Shown here piece after piece: positions 23,561 through 37,196 of a DNA stretch of 64,000 nucleotides. The notes under the pieces are model-generated. The model saw nothing but the letters and a program-made list of their open reading frames with translations, made no database searches and was not told the DNA's origin. The translations under genes were made by a program, and so were the position numbers. Origin of the DNA: Octopus bimaculoides (taxonomy: Eukaryota); NCBI RefSeq assembly GCF_001194135.2, contig NC_068982.1:110917982-110981981 (forward strand). The letters are read 5' to 3'. Position 1 is the first letter of the stretch, and every line of letters begins with the position of its first letter.

Positions 23561-23931
23561 GGAGGCGCGATGGCCCAATGGTTAGGGCAGCGGACTCGCA
23601 GTCATAGGATCGCGGTTTCGATTCCCAGACCGGGCGTTGTGAGTGTTTATTGAGCGAAAACACCTAAAGGTCCACGAGGCTCCGGCAGGGGATGGTGGCG
23701 AACCCTGCTGTACTCTTTCACCACAAATTTCTCTCACTCTTTCTTCCTGTTTCTGGTGTGCCTGTAATTCAAAGGGTCAGCCTTGTCACACTGTGGTACG
23801 CAGAATATCCCCGAGAACTACGTTAAGGGTACACGTGTCTGTGGAGTGCTCAGCCACTTGCACGTTAATTTCACGAGCAGGCTGTTCCATTGATCGGATC
23901 AACTGGAACCCTCGACAACAACAACAACAAC
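23561..23931 (+). mobile_element. Full-length tRNA(Arg)-like-headed SINE, family C (resembles octopus OR-type SINEs), (ACA)n tail
   Basis: Head ggaggcgcgatggcccaatggttagggcagcggactcgcagtcataggatcgcggtttcgattcccag has an A box (TGGCCCAATGG), a B-box-like GGTTTCGATTCCC and TCG at the anticodon position. About 290 bp of non-tRNA body follows. Confidence 0.85.
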
Positions 23932-24341
23932 ATACATACATATATGTGTGTGTGTGTGTGTTGTGTACACATGTATGTGTGTGTGCACGTGTGTGTGTGT
24001 ACGTGTGTGTGTGCTGTAAGTTGGGAAAAAATATTTTGACAGCACGAAACATTCAAACTGGTTCTATTTCACTCTAAAAGTTCGGCGATAAAGAAATAGG
24101 TCTGGAGTTATGAGGGTGTTTCGTCGATGAGATGACGAAGAACTATTCAGCTGATTGATTCATCAAACAATCAATTCTATTATTGGTAAATTAGTTAGCT
24201 GCTTGATTAATAAGACAAAGAAGTGAAAAAGAACCAGTGTTATTCGTCTAGGCTATGCAACCCTCTCAAGATAGCATCTATTTCAACACGCAATTGCACA
24301 TCAAGTATCTTGCAAAACGATTATGATACACAAACACGCGT

Positions 24342-24515
<174 letters not shown>

Positions 24516-24614
24516 ATGCGTATGGAAGTATACCTAAATATATATATATTTAAATAGGCATGTGTGTTTGCTTTTACATTGTTGTGCTTATGTTCATTTA
24601 TATATAAAATCTTT

Positions 24615-24665
24615 ACATAGGCGCAGCGTGGCTGTGTGGTAAGAAGTTTGCTTTCCAACCTTGTT
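24615..24665 (+). mobile_element. Truncated SINE family A head
   Basis: cataggcgcagcgtggctgtgtggtaagaagtttgctttccaacc matches 12628-12672. Confidence 0.75.
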
Positions 24666-24699
24666 TGTACGCAACCTTGTTTGTACCATTCCTTACATG

Positions 24700-25275
24700 A
24701 AAAGGATTTGATGAAGCACCATCTGACTTAACAGAAGCGTCTATCTTTTGATGGAAGGATGTTAGAACACTGAGCATCTTATTAGGAATGTCAGTCTTCT
24801 TGAGGACTAACTACAATGCAGGTTGACGGAGTCAAAAGGCTTTGATAAACCAACAAAGACTATAAGTAATTCACTTCTCTTCTCACGTACTTTCTCTGCA
24901 ATCCGTTGCAATCAATACATCACAGGTATTATTCTTCTCCAAGCCCTAAAGCTACACTGTGATTTAGGAGAAGCAGGATCTACCAGGTCAATTTTTATTC
25001 TGTTGAGGACTCGATCAAGTATCTTGTCCGCCACAATGATATACTCCGATGGTTGCCGCACAATTCTTTTTTCTATTTTTGTTTAAACAGATCAGTTTCC
25101 TCGAAATCAAAACGAACAAATCCAAAAGATAATTCACAAGTAGATCACCTCCATATCTGTACACCACGGCTGGTATTGCTTCATTGTCATCAGAGGACTT
25201 ACAAAACGCCATTTGTTTTTAGCAATTTTAACATCAACATGTTCAAAGTCAAATTCAGGGATTTTCGGCCTTAAA
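24700..25275 (-). mobile_element. RTE-clade LINE reverse-transcriptase fragment (decayed)
   Basis: KSSDDNEAIPAVVYRYGGDLL (cf. KAPGxDxIPAEVYKYGG), then remnants of GKILARVL, QC.FR, RIAEKVREK.E and FVGLSKPFDSV (cf. FVDxTKAFDxV). Confidence 0.78.
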
Positions 25276-25314
25276 GGAACAGTGTATATGTATATGTACA
25301 CAACGGCGCGTGCG

Positions 25315-25354
<40 letters not shown>

Positions 25355-26269
25355 CTTATAAATATCCTTGACATGTGTAAGGTACATGGTGGAGTACTTT
25401 ATAAGTATTTAGAAAAGTAAGTAAAATAATTTCTATTTATAGTATCTTATGGGGGGATACATGTAGGATAAGGTTTCATCACATATAGACATATTTGAAA
25501 TACTGAAACAAATTCTGGACAAGCCTGATAAGAACTTTTGTTTTGTTTCAAGAACGATCTGAAAGAAAACGTGTTGGGAGTCATTTTGCAGGAATCCTTA
25601 GTTACGCATGTGCTTCAATAAGTTCGCAGATAGATGTATTTGCTTGCTGGAACTCTCTACTGCTGATGTAGTGATAGGGGCACCGTCATGGCATGTTGTA
25701 CACCAGTCTTCTCCAGCTTTTGCAACTACCTAACAGAAGTTATAACATTCGTGAACTGGCAGAAAGGGAGGTCGACCTAATCAGCCATTTTGACAGAGCT
25801 TCCATCAAATTTGTAATGGAAATGAGTGTGGAAAATATTCACGACAAATGCAAACATTGTCGTAGCAATGAACATCTGTGTACAAGGACCGACACAACAA
25901 GAGCTTCACAGACAAAGATTGCAGTAACCAAATCAAAATCAATATGACAGACAGGAACAACAATGCATTGTTATCCCTCAACTTCTTGAACGCACACGAG
26001 ACATAAACACTCAATCAAGAAATGAAGAGAAAGATATAAGTATTAGAAGATCATCTCATATTCGGACCATACGACAAACAAGTAGGTCTGCAGGACTAGT
26101 CGACATTACATGAGTCTCGCAAAGATTTTTTCATAAAGATATACATACAAGCATACATACATACATACATACATACACACAGTCATACATACATACATAC
26201 ATACATACATACAAATACACACAAGCATATATACATACATATAACATACATACATACATATATATTTAC

Positions 26270-26342
26270 TGTTTTGCTCTTTTACTCGTTTCAGTCATTT
26301 GACAGTGGCCATGCTGGAGCACCGCCTTTTGCTGGAGCACCT
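26270..26342 (-). mobile_element. SINE family A 3' tail fragment
   Basis: ttttactcgtttcagtcatttgacagtggccatgctggagcaccgcc, with a local duplication of gctggagcacc. Confidence 0.75.
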
Positions 26343-29300
26343 ATATACATACACAGAAACGTATGTATGTATATATAAATCATTAAGAGGAAGTAGGATT
26401 TAGAACAGCGGGACGTACGAGACAAGCATTTGAAATTTACACGTTAAAGCGTTACGTGGCTGCGTTGCTAGGTCAAAAGCTAGATTGCAATGACCAAGGA
26501 GCGCCAAACGCATTCATATTCTAGTATGGTTTTAGTCGGGATTCTTAATGTATAAATTAGAAAAAAAATACTAAGACCGTATACAAAATAGAAAATGCAT
26601 CTAGTTTTTACAGTCGAATGAAAAGCACTTCTGTTTACATATTCTCAAGCAAAATATACAAGAGAAAACAAAGAGTGAAAACTATGCAATAATAGACGTT
26701 GAATTCAATGTTGTAAAATATTAAACCTTCTTTATTAGGAACTGGAATAGTACAGCAAAATGAAGTGCACGGTTAAATGTAGAGTGAATTCAATCAACGG
26801 TACACATTTGAGCTTCAATATTTTAAATACACATAAGTTGAGATTATGTCAACAGCATAATTAGTTTAAAATTAGCGAAATGTAGACACCATACAAACAA
26901 TATTTGCACACAGAAACAATATAATTAAAATTAAACCTATTATAAATGGGATACAGCATTGTTTTCAACAGTACGCAAACATACGCAGATGTAAACAGAA
27001 CTATGGTACATTTTATTATTATGGGTTGTACAAAATTATATATACAAATCCGGAAATTAATCCGCGGGATTTCTGCATTTGTCTTACTATCTGTAATAAT
27101 TTCTTTTATTTAGTTACAGTGTTCGTGGAGTGAAGAAGTAGTGTAGCATGCAGCAAATACATTCTTAAGTATCTAGATAAACACATCAAGTAATATCTAT
27201 TTAAGAATTAAAAGTTTCAAATAAGAGAACAAAACCAAATTCATCCTGACATATTAACGATAAAACAGTTGATTCTTTTGCAACACAGACGACGAGAAAC
27301 TTCAAATGTAAAACCTTACTGCATCCTGGTAATATACTTATCGTCTAATTTCTAAAATTTATTCTGGAGCACTTGTACAACTAGTTGAGTCTCTAGGGAA
27401 ATCAAAACGCTTGCAGTTTGCTAGCAAATTTCCAGATATGTTTATATGGATGGAACAATTTAACTATCTGAATTTAACGGCATGAAAAATATTTTCGTTC
27501 TTAAAATAATCCAAGAAAATATTTGTTTTATCTTAATACTGACATTTATCTATGATTAAAAATGTTACTTTATATAATTGATGTTCGAATTTGAAGGAAA
27601 AAATGTTTAAAAATATTGAATAGTTGCACTCTCCAAAGTGTTTTTAATACATATCTATTCAAAAGTTAATTAAATAATTAAAAGAAAATATTGCAAACAA
27701 CTCTATGCACGAATATATACAATCATCAGTCCTTGTATCTACAGCAAACTATATACTAGATTTTTCTTATATGCTTTATTTCTATATTAGTTCCGTTAAG
27801 ATTGCCGACGAATTACTAAAATAAATCCCAGTTCAACAAGTATATTTTATTTAAAGAAATCTAATTCTAAGACGTTCAGTTATATTTGTGGCATATTTTT
27901 GTTTTCCATATTATTGGAAGTTTTGTATTCACATATCCTATGCATTTTAGCAATTACATCTTTTACTACACCAAATATCCATTTGTTATTCGATATGTTG
28001 TGAAATACTTCTGACATTTTCTGATTTTTATTTTTCTACATGTTTATCGACAAATCTATGTATAGATTTTTGGAGCTTATCACAGGCATATTTATATGTA
28101 TTTTATATTAGCATCCATATATTACTTTCACCAGATTGATTTGTATATTAAAAAGATTTTCTAAAAGGATTTTCTGATTTACTTGTGATAATCAATTACT
28201 TTCAAAGTTCTAAAAGAAAAGAAAGGTTAACTACTTTTTAATAATATAACAAGTGATTGACAGACCGGTTTCGATTCTCTCTTGACTCCACTACATCATT
28301 AATAAGACATAATAAATACAGCAGAATTTCTTGTCTATAAATATGAGACTTTGGGTCTTGTCAAAAGAAATCAAAATTATGGAAAACAGACAAATCATAA
28401 ATCAAAAGCAATGATATAACAATTTTATAACAGAAGTGGTTTAATGTAAACTGTATTCTTTTTTGTTTGCATTGTCATGGATTTATTTTCTACTGACAAG
28501 CATAAATCTACCCAGATATAAATATTTTATTTTTCATATTTATTAGTATCATTTATGTCCAGTAGTCTTGGATCTATTTAAGAAAACAGTATTATACACG
28601 TTCAGTGGACAGCGAGTTGTCGACCAAAACGCCTTGCAGTATCTAGTTGCTTACTTTTATGTCCTGAGTTCCAATCCTGCTAAAATCAAATCAAATACTG
28701 AAGACAGATATAACCCGCTATATTGCACAGTCTACACATTTATGGCTTTGTTAGAAAGAGGAGTAGCAGATTATTCCCAATTTTGAGTACACATCTATTG
28801 CTGAGCCATTTGTTTCTCAGGAAGCAACAAATATCAGCGTGAATACTATCGCCAATTCTAAAATTTTTATTTACCTTTGTGAAAAATTATTTTGAAAACA
28901 TTTTAATCGCAGTCTTAATCAGATCAGATAAAATTGGCAGAATTGTTTGAGTGTTGGACAGAATGTCTTTTGGTAATTTGTAACGGTCCTTTACGATCTG
29001 AATTTAAAGGAGATCAAATTTTCCCGTTATTGCTCCAGGATCATTCAAGAAAGCCCTATTCAAGTACTAAGATCAATGTATATTCATGTGATGTCTTAAT
29101 ATGTGCATAATAAAAAAGCAATAGACAAATTTTGGTCTAAAAATGCGTTAAAATGTATGTTTTTAACGTGTCTAGATTCTTCTTAGATACTTGAGAAGAG
29201 ACGACAATGTCACATTACATATGAATACATAAAATAGACATATCCATCCATCCATCCCTCCATCCCTCTCTCCATCCCTCCATCCATACATACATACATG

Positions 29301-29809
29301 CATACGTACATGCATACATACATGCATGCATACATGCGTGCATACATGCATACATGTGTATGCATGTATACCTATTCTGATAAAAAATATCGGAAAGTAG
29401 TGGAAAAATGTAAACTGATGATTTTACTTTTAGTCTGTTATTTCCAACTAACATTGTAGTTAGCTTTTTACACATACACATGTGCACTCACACACACAAA
29501 CACACACACACATGCATACAGACATACACACAGACCCACAGACGCACAGTCTTTCTTATTCACACAATCACTCCCACTGTTTCTTTCTCTCTCTTTCTCT
29601 GTATACACACACGCACTCGCATGCACACACATGTATGCATCCGTGTGCATGTATGAGCATGCATGTGTGTGTGCGTGTGAGTGTGTGTGTATCTGTGTTT
29701 CTTTTTCGAAATTTCTCGAATCCTATTAGTGAAACTACTATGTTAGTGTGTAGATCAGGGCGAGCAATCACGTAGAATTTTTCTCAGAAAAATATGTATT
29801 TTTCCTGTA

Positions 29810-30310
29810 ATTGTCTGCTCGGATATTTAGAATTTAACACCATGGAAAATAAAATTACCCAAATGAACGAAGAGATGCTTGCTTATAATTAACTATAATA
29901 GTTGTGGGCTACACGGGGTTAAAATATTTAAATTTTGAGACTTGAACATTTTTAGCTTAATCCAAGAAATTATATTAGTAATCACATATTAATTAACATT
30001 GCACTAAGGGTTATAGATTCGCTGAATAGGGACAAAATGGTTTGCACTATGTTTTTCGTCTCTCTTCGTTCTGATTTGTAACACCACTGAAATTGGCTTT
30101 GCCGTTCATTATTCCGAATGAAGGCCAATCTTAAAATGATATAACATACTTTCCCAAAAAAGAAAAAAGAACAAACGATGTGACCTTGCTTCTGTATTAG
30201 AAATTGATATTTATTAGTTGAGGGTAGTAGATGCAACATAGGTAAAAGATGGTAGATGTATTGAAATATTCATACGACTCTACGTTCTTATTTTAAATGC
30301 CGATGATGTT
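29810..30310 (+). mobile_element. Possible highly decayed RTE APE-endonuclease fragment
   Basis: KITQMNEEMLAYNLTII (cf. QVAREMxRYNLxIL) and NLKMI*HTFPKK (cf. NLxIxNTFFxK). The match is weak. Confidence 0.3.
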
Positions 30311-30349
30311 ACTGCTTTTCATCATTAAGTAGTTGATAAAATAAATACT

Positions 30350-33300
30350 GGTCGAACACTGGGGTTGATTATCCCTAAAAGATAACAGAGTAAGGAGGAG
30401 GAAGTGGACCAGCGAAGAAAACAGGATAGTGATGTGCTATTTAGAAAGTGAACCTAAAAGAAGGGGCTATAGAAAACGGATGTTAACACTTTGGGTATAG
30501 TAGGGTATGTTTAAAGTGACTGAGCAGGGATTAGTTGATCAAGGTAATGCTTTTAGGAGAAGACAGTGGATGATAGAATTGGAGGTAGAAGAGATCACAA
30601 GAGAAATGAAAAAGAAAGACCAGGCAGTAGGAAATACAAGCAACAACATAAGAGATACAGCTCAGACCAAAGAAGAACCTAAAGAAAAAAATATTAACAG
30701 TGCTACCAATAAGAAAGGGACAACTGGCACCAGCGACTTAAGTGATTTCAGTGAAGAAGACCAAAATATTTTAGATGAGTTGCAGGAAGTAATGAGTAAA
30801 GAAGTAAGAAAAAGATTGCCAGCATTAAAAGGCACCAATAGAAGGAAGCTGCTAGAAATGACTAGGAAAGTAAATTCTGTTATCAGTAGGATAGATACTA
30901 AAAATATAGGAGACACTAACTTACTGATCTATGCAGAAGGAGCAAGTAGTCACTAGAAGATTAGATATCTCACAGAGAAAGATTAAAAAAGAACAAATGT
31001 TGAAAAAGAGACTACAAAATAAAGTGAAGACTTTAAGATAAGATCTGAGTAAAATAGAAAACAGGAAACTGAACAAGTTAGGAAACACAAGATACAAATC
31101 TTCCCTTGAGAAAAGATATTTAGTCAAAGAGAAAGGATTTGGGACAATAATAGAAGAATTGAAACAGCGTGTCATAGCAGTAACAGGGAAGCTCTTCAGA
31201 TATCAGAAAAGAATAGATCAGTATCAACAGAATAGATTATTTGAAGCAGACCAGAGGAGATTTTATAACCAAATAAATAGTGGAGAATGAAGTACCGAAG
31301 ATGAGAAACCTAATGCACAAGAAGTTAGAAAGTTCTGGAGTCATATTTGGGATAAGCCAGTCAATCATAATGGAGATGTAATATGGTTAAAGAAAGTGAG
31401 GGAAGAAATAGTGAGTGAGAAGCAGCCAGATCTAAGACTAACTAGTGCATTAATGAGTAAAGTGTTAGGAAAAATGCCGAATTGGAAGGGCCCAAGACCA
31501 GATGTAGTCCAAGGGTACTGGCTAAAGAAATTTACTAGTTTACATGGCAGGCTGAAGGAACAACTTCAAGATTGCCTTAATGGAGGAATAATACCAGATT
31601 GGATGACTAGAGGGAGGATTGTGAAAGATAAGAGCAAGGGTAATACAACTAGCAACTATAGACCAATCACTTGCTTACCATGAATGTGGAAGCTCTTAAC
31701 AGGAATGCTTGCAGAAAGCATTTACGAGCACCTTGACCATCAGAATTTACTGACAGAAGAACAAAGCTAGAAAGCTAGAAAGCTAGTAAAAGCTAGAAAG
31801 AAAAACCTAACAATAGCATGGATAAATTATAGGAAAGCCTATGACATGATCCCACACTGATGGATAAGTAAATGTTTGAAAATATTCAGTATAGCAGACA
31901 ACATAAGAGAATTAATTAGCTTAAGCACGAAGAAATGGAAAGTAGATCTATACTCAGGTGACACACTCTTAGGAATCTTTCAGGGGGACGCATTATCCCC
32001 TGTAATATTTGTTGTATGTTTGATCCCCTCAGTTTAGTATTAAGGAAGGCAAAGGCAGGGTATCAGTAATGGAAAAAGTAATCATTTGCTCTACAAGGAT
32101 GATCTGAAGTTTTTTTAGTACGAATGAAAATGTGATAGATTCCTTAATACAGACTGTAAGACTCTTCAGCAAAGTTATAAGCATGCAATTTGGCATAGAT
32201 AAGTGTGCAATATTAGTCATGGGAAGGAGACAGGTAGTTAACACCGAAGGCATCCAATTACCAGATGGCCAGATATTAAAATCATTGAAAGGATGAGAGA
32301 GTTATAAGTATCTAGGAGTATTAGAATCTGACAGAGTACTAACTATTGAAATGAAAACGAAAATTGAGAAACAGCACATCAGAAGGGTGAGGAAGCTAAT
32401 GAAGTCAAAGCTAAATGGTCCGAATCTGGTGAAGGTTGTAAATACTTGGGGGCAGTATCATTACTTAGATACTCAGCAGCTTTTGTAGATTGGATAAAAA
32501 CTGAATTAGCAAAGCTAGACAGAAGAAGTAAGAAGAAGGAATATGAATGGCGAGATCCACCCAAGGGCAGGAGTAGCAAGATTATACTTACCTAGAAAGG
32601 AAGGCAGAAGAAGGTTAATATCAGTAGAAGAGTGTGTAGAGTTAGCTAGAGCAGATATAGACTCCTATGTAGGTAATAGTGAAGTAATGTTATTAAAAGC
32701 TGCTAGAGCCACGTCAAGACATAGGGAAACCAATAACATAAACGAAGTTAAAAATCAGGAAAAAGAACAGAAATTACCTGATTTTAGGAGAAGGCGTTGC
32801 ATAGTAGAATCCCAAAAGATAGTTGCAGCAAATAGCAGTAGTGAGATATGGCTATGGTTGCAGAAATGAAAGCTGAAGGGGGAGACAGGAAGTTTGTTAG
32901 TAGCTGCATAAGATCAAGCATTAAGGACGAATTAGATAAAAGCCAAACTAGACAAAAAACAAGTAGATTCCCAATGTAGGTTGTTATGCAAATCAAAAGA
33001 GAAAAGAATTACTCATATAATAAGTGAATGTAGTATACTGGCACAGAAAGAATACAAGAAAAGATATGGCAACCTAGGGAGAGTAAACCACTGGGGGTAA
33101 TGTAGAAAGCTAGGATTTGACCATACCGATAAATGGTATGAACATGAACCTAGTGAAGTACTAGAAAGCAAGAAACGTAAAATGTAGGGGGACTTCAACA
33201 TTCAAACGGATAGAGTAATAAAAGCTAGAAAGCTTGATTTAGTAGAAGTAGACAAAGAGAATAGGAAGTGCCATATAATTGCCATTAGAGTCCCAATTGA

Positions 33301-33520
33301 TGAGAAAGTTAATATGAGCGGTATAGAGAAAATAACAAAGTACCAGGACCTTGCTATTGAATCACAGAAGCTATGGAAAGTGCAGGTAGAATATATCCCT
33401 GTAGTTATAGATTTGAACAGATAGTTAGAAGAAATAGGCATAAAATCTCGTTTAGTACAGCTCCTGAAAACAGTATTGTTACGGACAGCTAAATTTTTTA
33501 GGAGTGTTCTTGGCATATAA
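30350..33520 (+). mobile_element. Near-full-length, inactivated R4/Dong-clade non-LTR retrotransposon (RT + CCHC + RLE endonuclease)
   Basis: Ordered motifs across stops and frameshifts: RRKWTSEEN, RGYRKRM, WMIELEVEEI, PNWKGPRPDVVQGYWLK, NYRPITCLP, KAYDMIPH, GIFQGDALSP, HLLYKDDLK, YKYLG, RAGVARLYLPRKEG, CRL, HIISECSILAQKEY, DFNIQTDR, EKITKYQDL. It ends before an (AAT/AAC)n tract. Confidence 0.93.
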
Positions 33521-33574
33521 GATTACTTGTTAGGAATTTTTCTTTTCCAACAGTTTAATAAGTTGTATATAAAG

Positions 33575-33677
33575 TAATAATAATAATAACAACAACAACA
33601 GCAACAACACCAACAACAACAACAATAATAATAATAATAATAATAGCAACAACAACAACAACAACAATAATAATAAT
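33575..33677. repeat. (AAT)n/(AAC)n compound microsatellite (LINE tail / landing site)
   Basis: Direct reading of the sequence. Confidence 0.93.
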
Positions 33678-33891
33678 CTTTTCTACTAAAAGCACAAGGC
33701 CCGAAATTTGTGGGAAGGGGCTTAGTCGATTACATTGACACCCGTATTTCACTGGTACTTAATTTAACGACCCGGAAAGGATGAAAGGCAAAGTCAACCT
33801 CGGCTGAATTTGAACTCAGAACGGAAGTACGGACGAAATGCCGCTAAGTATTTCACCCGGTGTGCTAACGATTTTGCCAGCTCACCGCCTT
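33677..33891 (-). mobile_element. SINE family B, copy 1 of a tandem pair
   Basis: Full body, ending ...gattttgccagctcaccgcct. Confidence 0.9.
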
Positions 33892-33905
33892 AATAATAAC
33901 AATAA

Positions 33906-34120
33906 TTCTTCCTACTAAAGGCACAAGGCCTGAAATTTGCTGGGTGGGAACTAGTCGATTACTCCGACCCCATTGTTTCACTGGTACTTAATTTATTGAC
34001 CCTGAAAGGATAAAAGGCAAAGTCGACCTCAGCGGAATTTGAACTCAGGACGTAGCAGTAGACGAAATACCGTTAAGCATTTCGCCCGGCGTGCTAACGA
34101 TTCTTGCTGCTTGCCGCATT
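33906..34120 (-). mobile_element. SINE family B, copy 2 of a tandem pair
   Basis: Same orientation, separated from copy 1 by taataataacaataat. Confidence 0.9.
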
Positions 34121-34189
34121 AATAATAATAACAGCTAACTAATTATTACTTTCAGGAGACTACATATTACAAGCTAAACCGTGTCACTT

Positions 34190-34285
34190 AGCAATGTGCA
34201 ATGTTAGTCTTGGGAAGGGGACAGGTAGTTAACTCCGAAGGCATCCTATTACCAGATGATCAGACATTAAAGTTATTGAAAGATA
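34190..34285 (+). mobile_element. Short second copy of Dong RT sequence
   Basis: aatgtgcaatgttagtcttgggaaggggacaggtagttaactccgaaggcatcctattaccagatgatcagacattaaag matches 32203-32285. Confidence 0.8.
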
Positions 34286-35307
34286 CAGTACAGTGTGTGT
34301 TGAAACAGCTTGGTACCTACTGACAGCTAGGTAGACTGGGCTGATGAAAGTGAATAGTCATGGATACAAAACAGAATTATACCATACCATATTTACTATA
34401 TTTATGTACAGTTGAGTAGAAGGGACTATTGATAATCAGACTTAAACATGGACGCAGGACAGAAGGCTACCCTATGCTACACTGATATATNNNNNNNNNN
34501 NNNNNNNNNNNNNNNNNNNNNNNNNNNNNNNNNNNNNNNNNNNNNNNNNNNNNNNNNNNNNNNNNNNNNNNNNNNNNNNNNNNNNNNNNNNNNNNNNNNN
34601 NNNNNNNNNNNNNNNNNNNNNNNNNNNNNNNNNNNNNNNNNNNATATATATATATATACTTAGAGCTTGGTGGACTAAACTGTTGCTATTTACGCGTCTC
34701 CGCCACTGAAACGGTTTACTGAGTCATACAGCACTGTAGTATCTAATTACAGTTAATTGGCTGGGTTTTTATGGTTATGTATAAATGTCATGTCCATCAA
34801 TATCGTACAGTTGCTTATATCTCACTGTGATGTTGCGAAGAAACAACGGTGTCTACTAACAGTCTTTAATAACTACTATGAAATATTTCGAAATTACATC
34901 TGTAGTGAAAATGAAAATTTGTGCACCAAAAATAAAGTTTAGAATAGCAACAATTTAATACCTGATTTATTTCCGGTAAGGATTACAACAGAGATGAAGG
35001 TGTACAGTTTAAATGAAGATTATTTCCTCATCAGGCTTTAGAGTATTCATGTGCTGTGTAATCTATACAAGAGAAAAAAGAAAATTTTCTTGAAGTATAT
35101 TAAAAAAAACACAAACAAAAACGATAACTATATAAAAAGAAACGTGATTCTCAACGTTTGAAGATGATGGGATTCAATCGAATTGTCTCCAAGTCAACCA
35201 GATTTGTCTGTAGTTCAATCATTTCCTTGGGTCGTAATGTGAAATAAGTTCTTTAGAAATAAAATTTCTGAGTAATGAATAATTTCTGAATTTAAACGTA
35301 TAATGAT

Positions 35308-35494
35308 GGTTTCAGATTTTGGCACAAGATCAGCAATTTCGGGGGAGAGGGAATGCCGATTACATCGGCCCCAGTGCTCAACTTATACATATTTTATCGA
35401 ATCCAAAAGGATTAAATGAAAAATCGACCTTGTTAGAATTTGAACTCAGAGCATAAAGACAGACGTAATGGCGCTAAGCATTTCCCCCGCCAAG
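35308..35494 (-). mobile_element. Older SINE family B copy
   Basis: ttttggcacaagatcagcaatttcggggg...atcgaccttgttagaatttgaactcagagcataaagacagacg. Confidence 0.8.
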
Positions 35495-36140
35495 ACTTAA
35501 TCGTATATTGCTTATGCATTAAACAGTATATAAAAATACAGATTCAACAGATTCATGTAGCAAATAAATATTTTTTGAGTAGGCTCAAGGCTCTTTTAGG
35601 AAGAGATATGATCTATCGTTCAGTCCCATTATATTATTGGTATTATGATATCGATCACGTAAAGATGAAAGGCAAGTTTGACCTTATTGTCGAATACAAT
35701 CAAAAATGTGATACAGTGAACTTTATACAATAAATTCTAAGAACTAATTGATATCGTTTACACCAGCTTCAACATCCTAACGTTTAGAAATAAATAAATG
35801 AGACCCATGATATCTATTAATCATTTAAATCTTCACAAGATATTGAATATGTGTTGATCCAAGTTCAGTCCCGATAATTTATGGAGGCCAATTGTATGTA
35901 GTTGATGAAGTTAGCGATAGAATTCAGATGTTCTAATAAATATGAATTGATTTAATAAATAGACAAACAGTGGTGGAAAACATAATAAACACACATAAAT
36001 AGGCATGAATCTAAGCATGCGTAATATTTTTCAATTACTTTCTAGCATTATCTCCATATATATATACGTATATATGTGTGTGTATGCGTGCTTATGTATA
36101 TGTATATATACTGACATTTATATACCCACATATATGCATA

Positions 36141-36184
<44 letters not shown>

Positions 36185-36384
36185 ATATAAATACACAATC
36201 ACGCACATATGTACGCATACCAATGTATGTATGTATGTATGTGTGTGTGTCTGTGTGTGTATGAATGCATGTATGTATGAGGCAGACAGAAAGATACATA
36301 GCGATATTTCGAATAAGCATGTATATACTCAAATTTTTCTATATTCTAAACTCAGTCCAATGTACTTTTAATGAAGTTCTACAC

Positions 36385-36715
36385 ACAGCGCATACTCGAG
36401 TCAGGTTGATGCAGTAATTCTGTTTTTGCTGTACTTATAGTGAAGCTAAAGTTGATAGAGTTCTATGATGATAACGTAAACGTACTTGCATAGTCGGCTC
36501 ATCTTCTACAAAAGACCTACAAACATCTGCAGACAACAGTTCACACGTAGTTAGATGTTTAACTTCAAGTTTTGCTTGCCATTTGGTAATGTTTTTGGAA
36601 CATAGCAAAAGACTCTCGCCGGTGTGCCTTTATGAAAATGGACAGGAGTGTTAAAAACCTTTCTGAGATAAACAAATCCGATGTACAGGAACTGATCCGC
36701 TTTGCACGCATCTTC
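36385..36715 (-). mobile_element. RTE-clade LINE RT fragment
   Basis: WQAKLEVKHLTTCELLSADVC (cf. LQAKTKV...RDLLFADDC) and NFSFTISTAKTELLHQP (cf. NFGLTISTKKTEVMHQP). Confidence 0.7.
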
Positions 36716-36726
36716 TGAATCTGTCT

Positions 36727-36864
<138 letters not shown>

Positions 36865-37158
36865 NNNNNNNNNNNNNNNNNNNNNNNNNNNNNNNNNNNN
36901 NNNNNNNNNNNNNNNNNNNNNNNNNNNNNNNNNNNNNNNNNNNNNNNNNNNNNNNNNNNNNNNNNNNNNNNNNNNNNNNNNNNNNNNNNNNNNNNNNNNN
37001 NNNNNNNNNNNNNNNNNNNNNNNNNNNNNNNNNNNNNNNNNNNNNNNNNNNNNNNNNNNNNNNNNNNNNNNNNNNNNNNNNNNNNNNNNNNNNNNNNNNN
37101 NNNNNNNNNNNNNNNNNNNNNNNNNNNNNNNNNNNNNNNNNNNNNNNNNNNNNNNNNN

Positions 37159-37191
<33 letters not shown>

Positions 37192-37196
<5 letters not shown>

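Noticed and set aside
23561-23636. Functional tRNA-Arg gene
   Set aside because: Acceptor and anticodon stems do not pair properly, and it continues into a SINE body and tail.
25620-26120. 84-aa plus ORF / possible LINE endonuclease remnant
   Set aside because: Only vague similarity to RTE motifs on either strand; it cannot be assigned.
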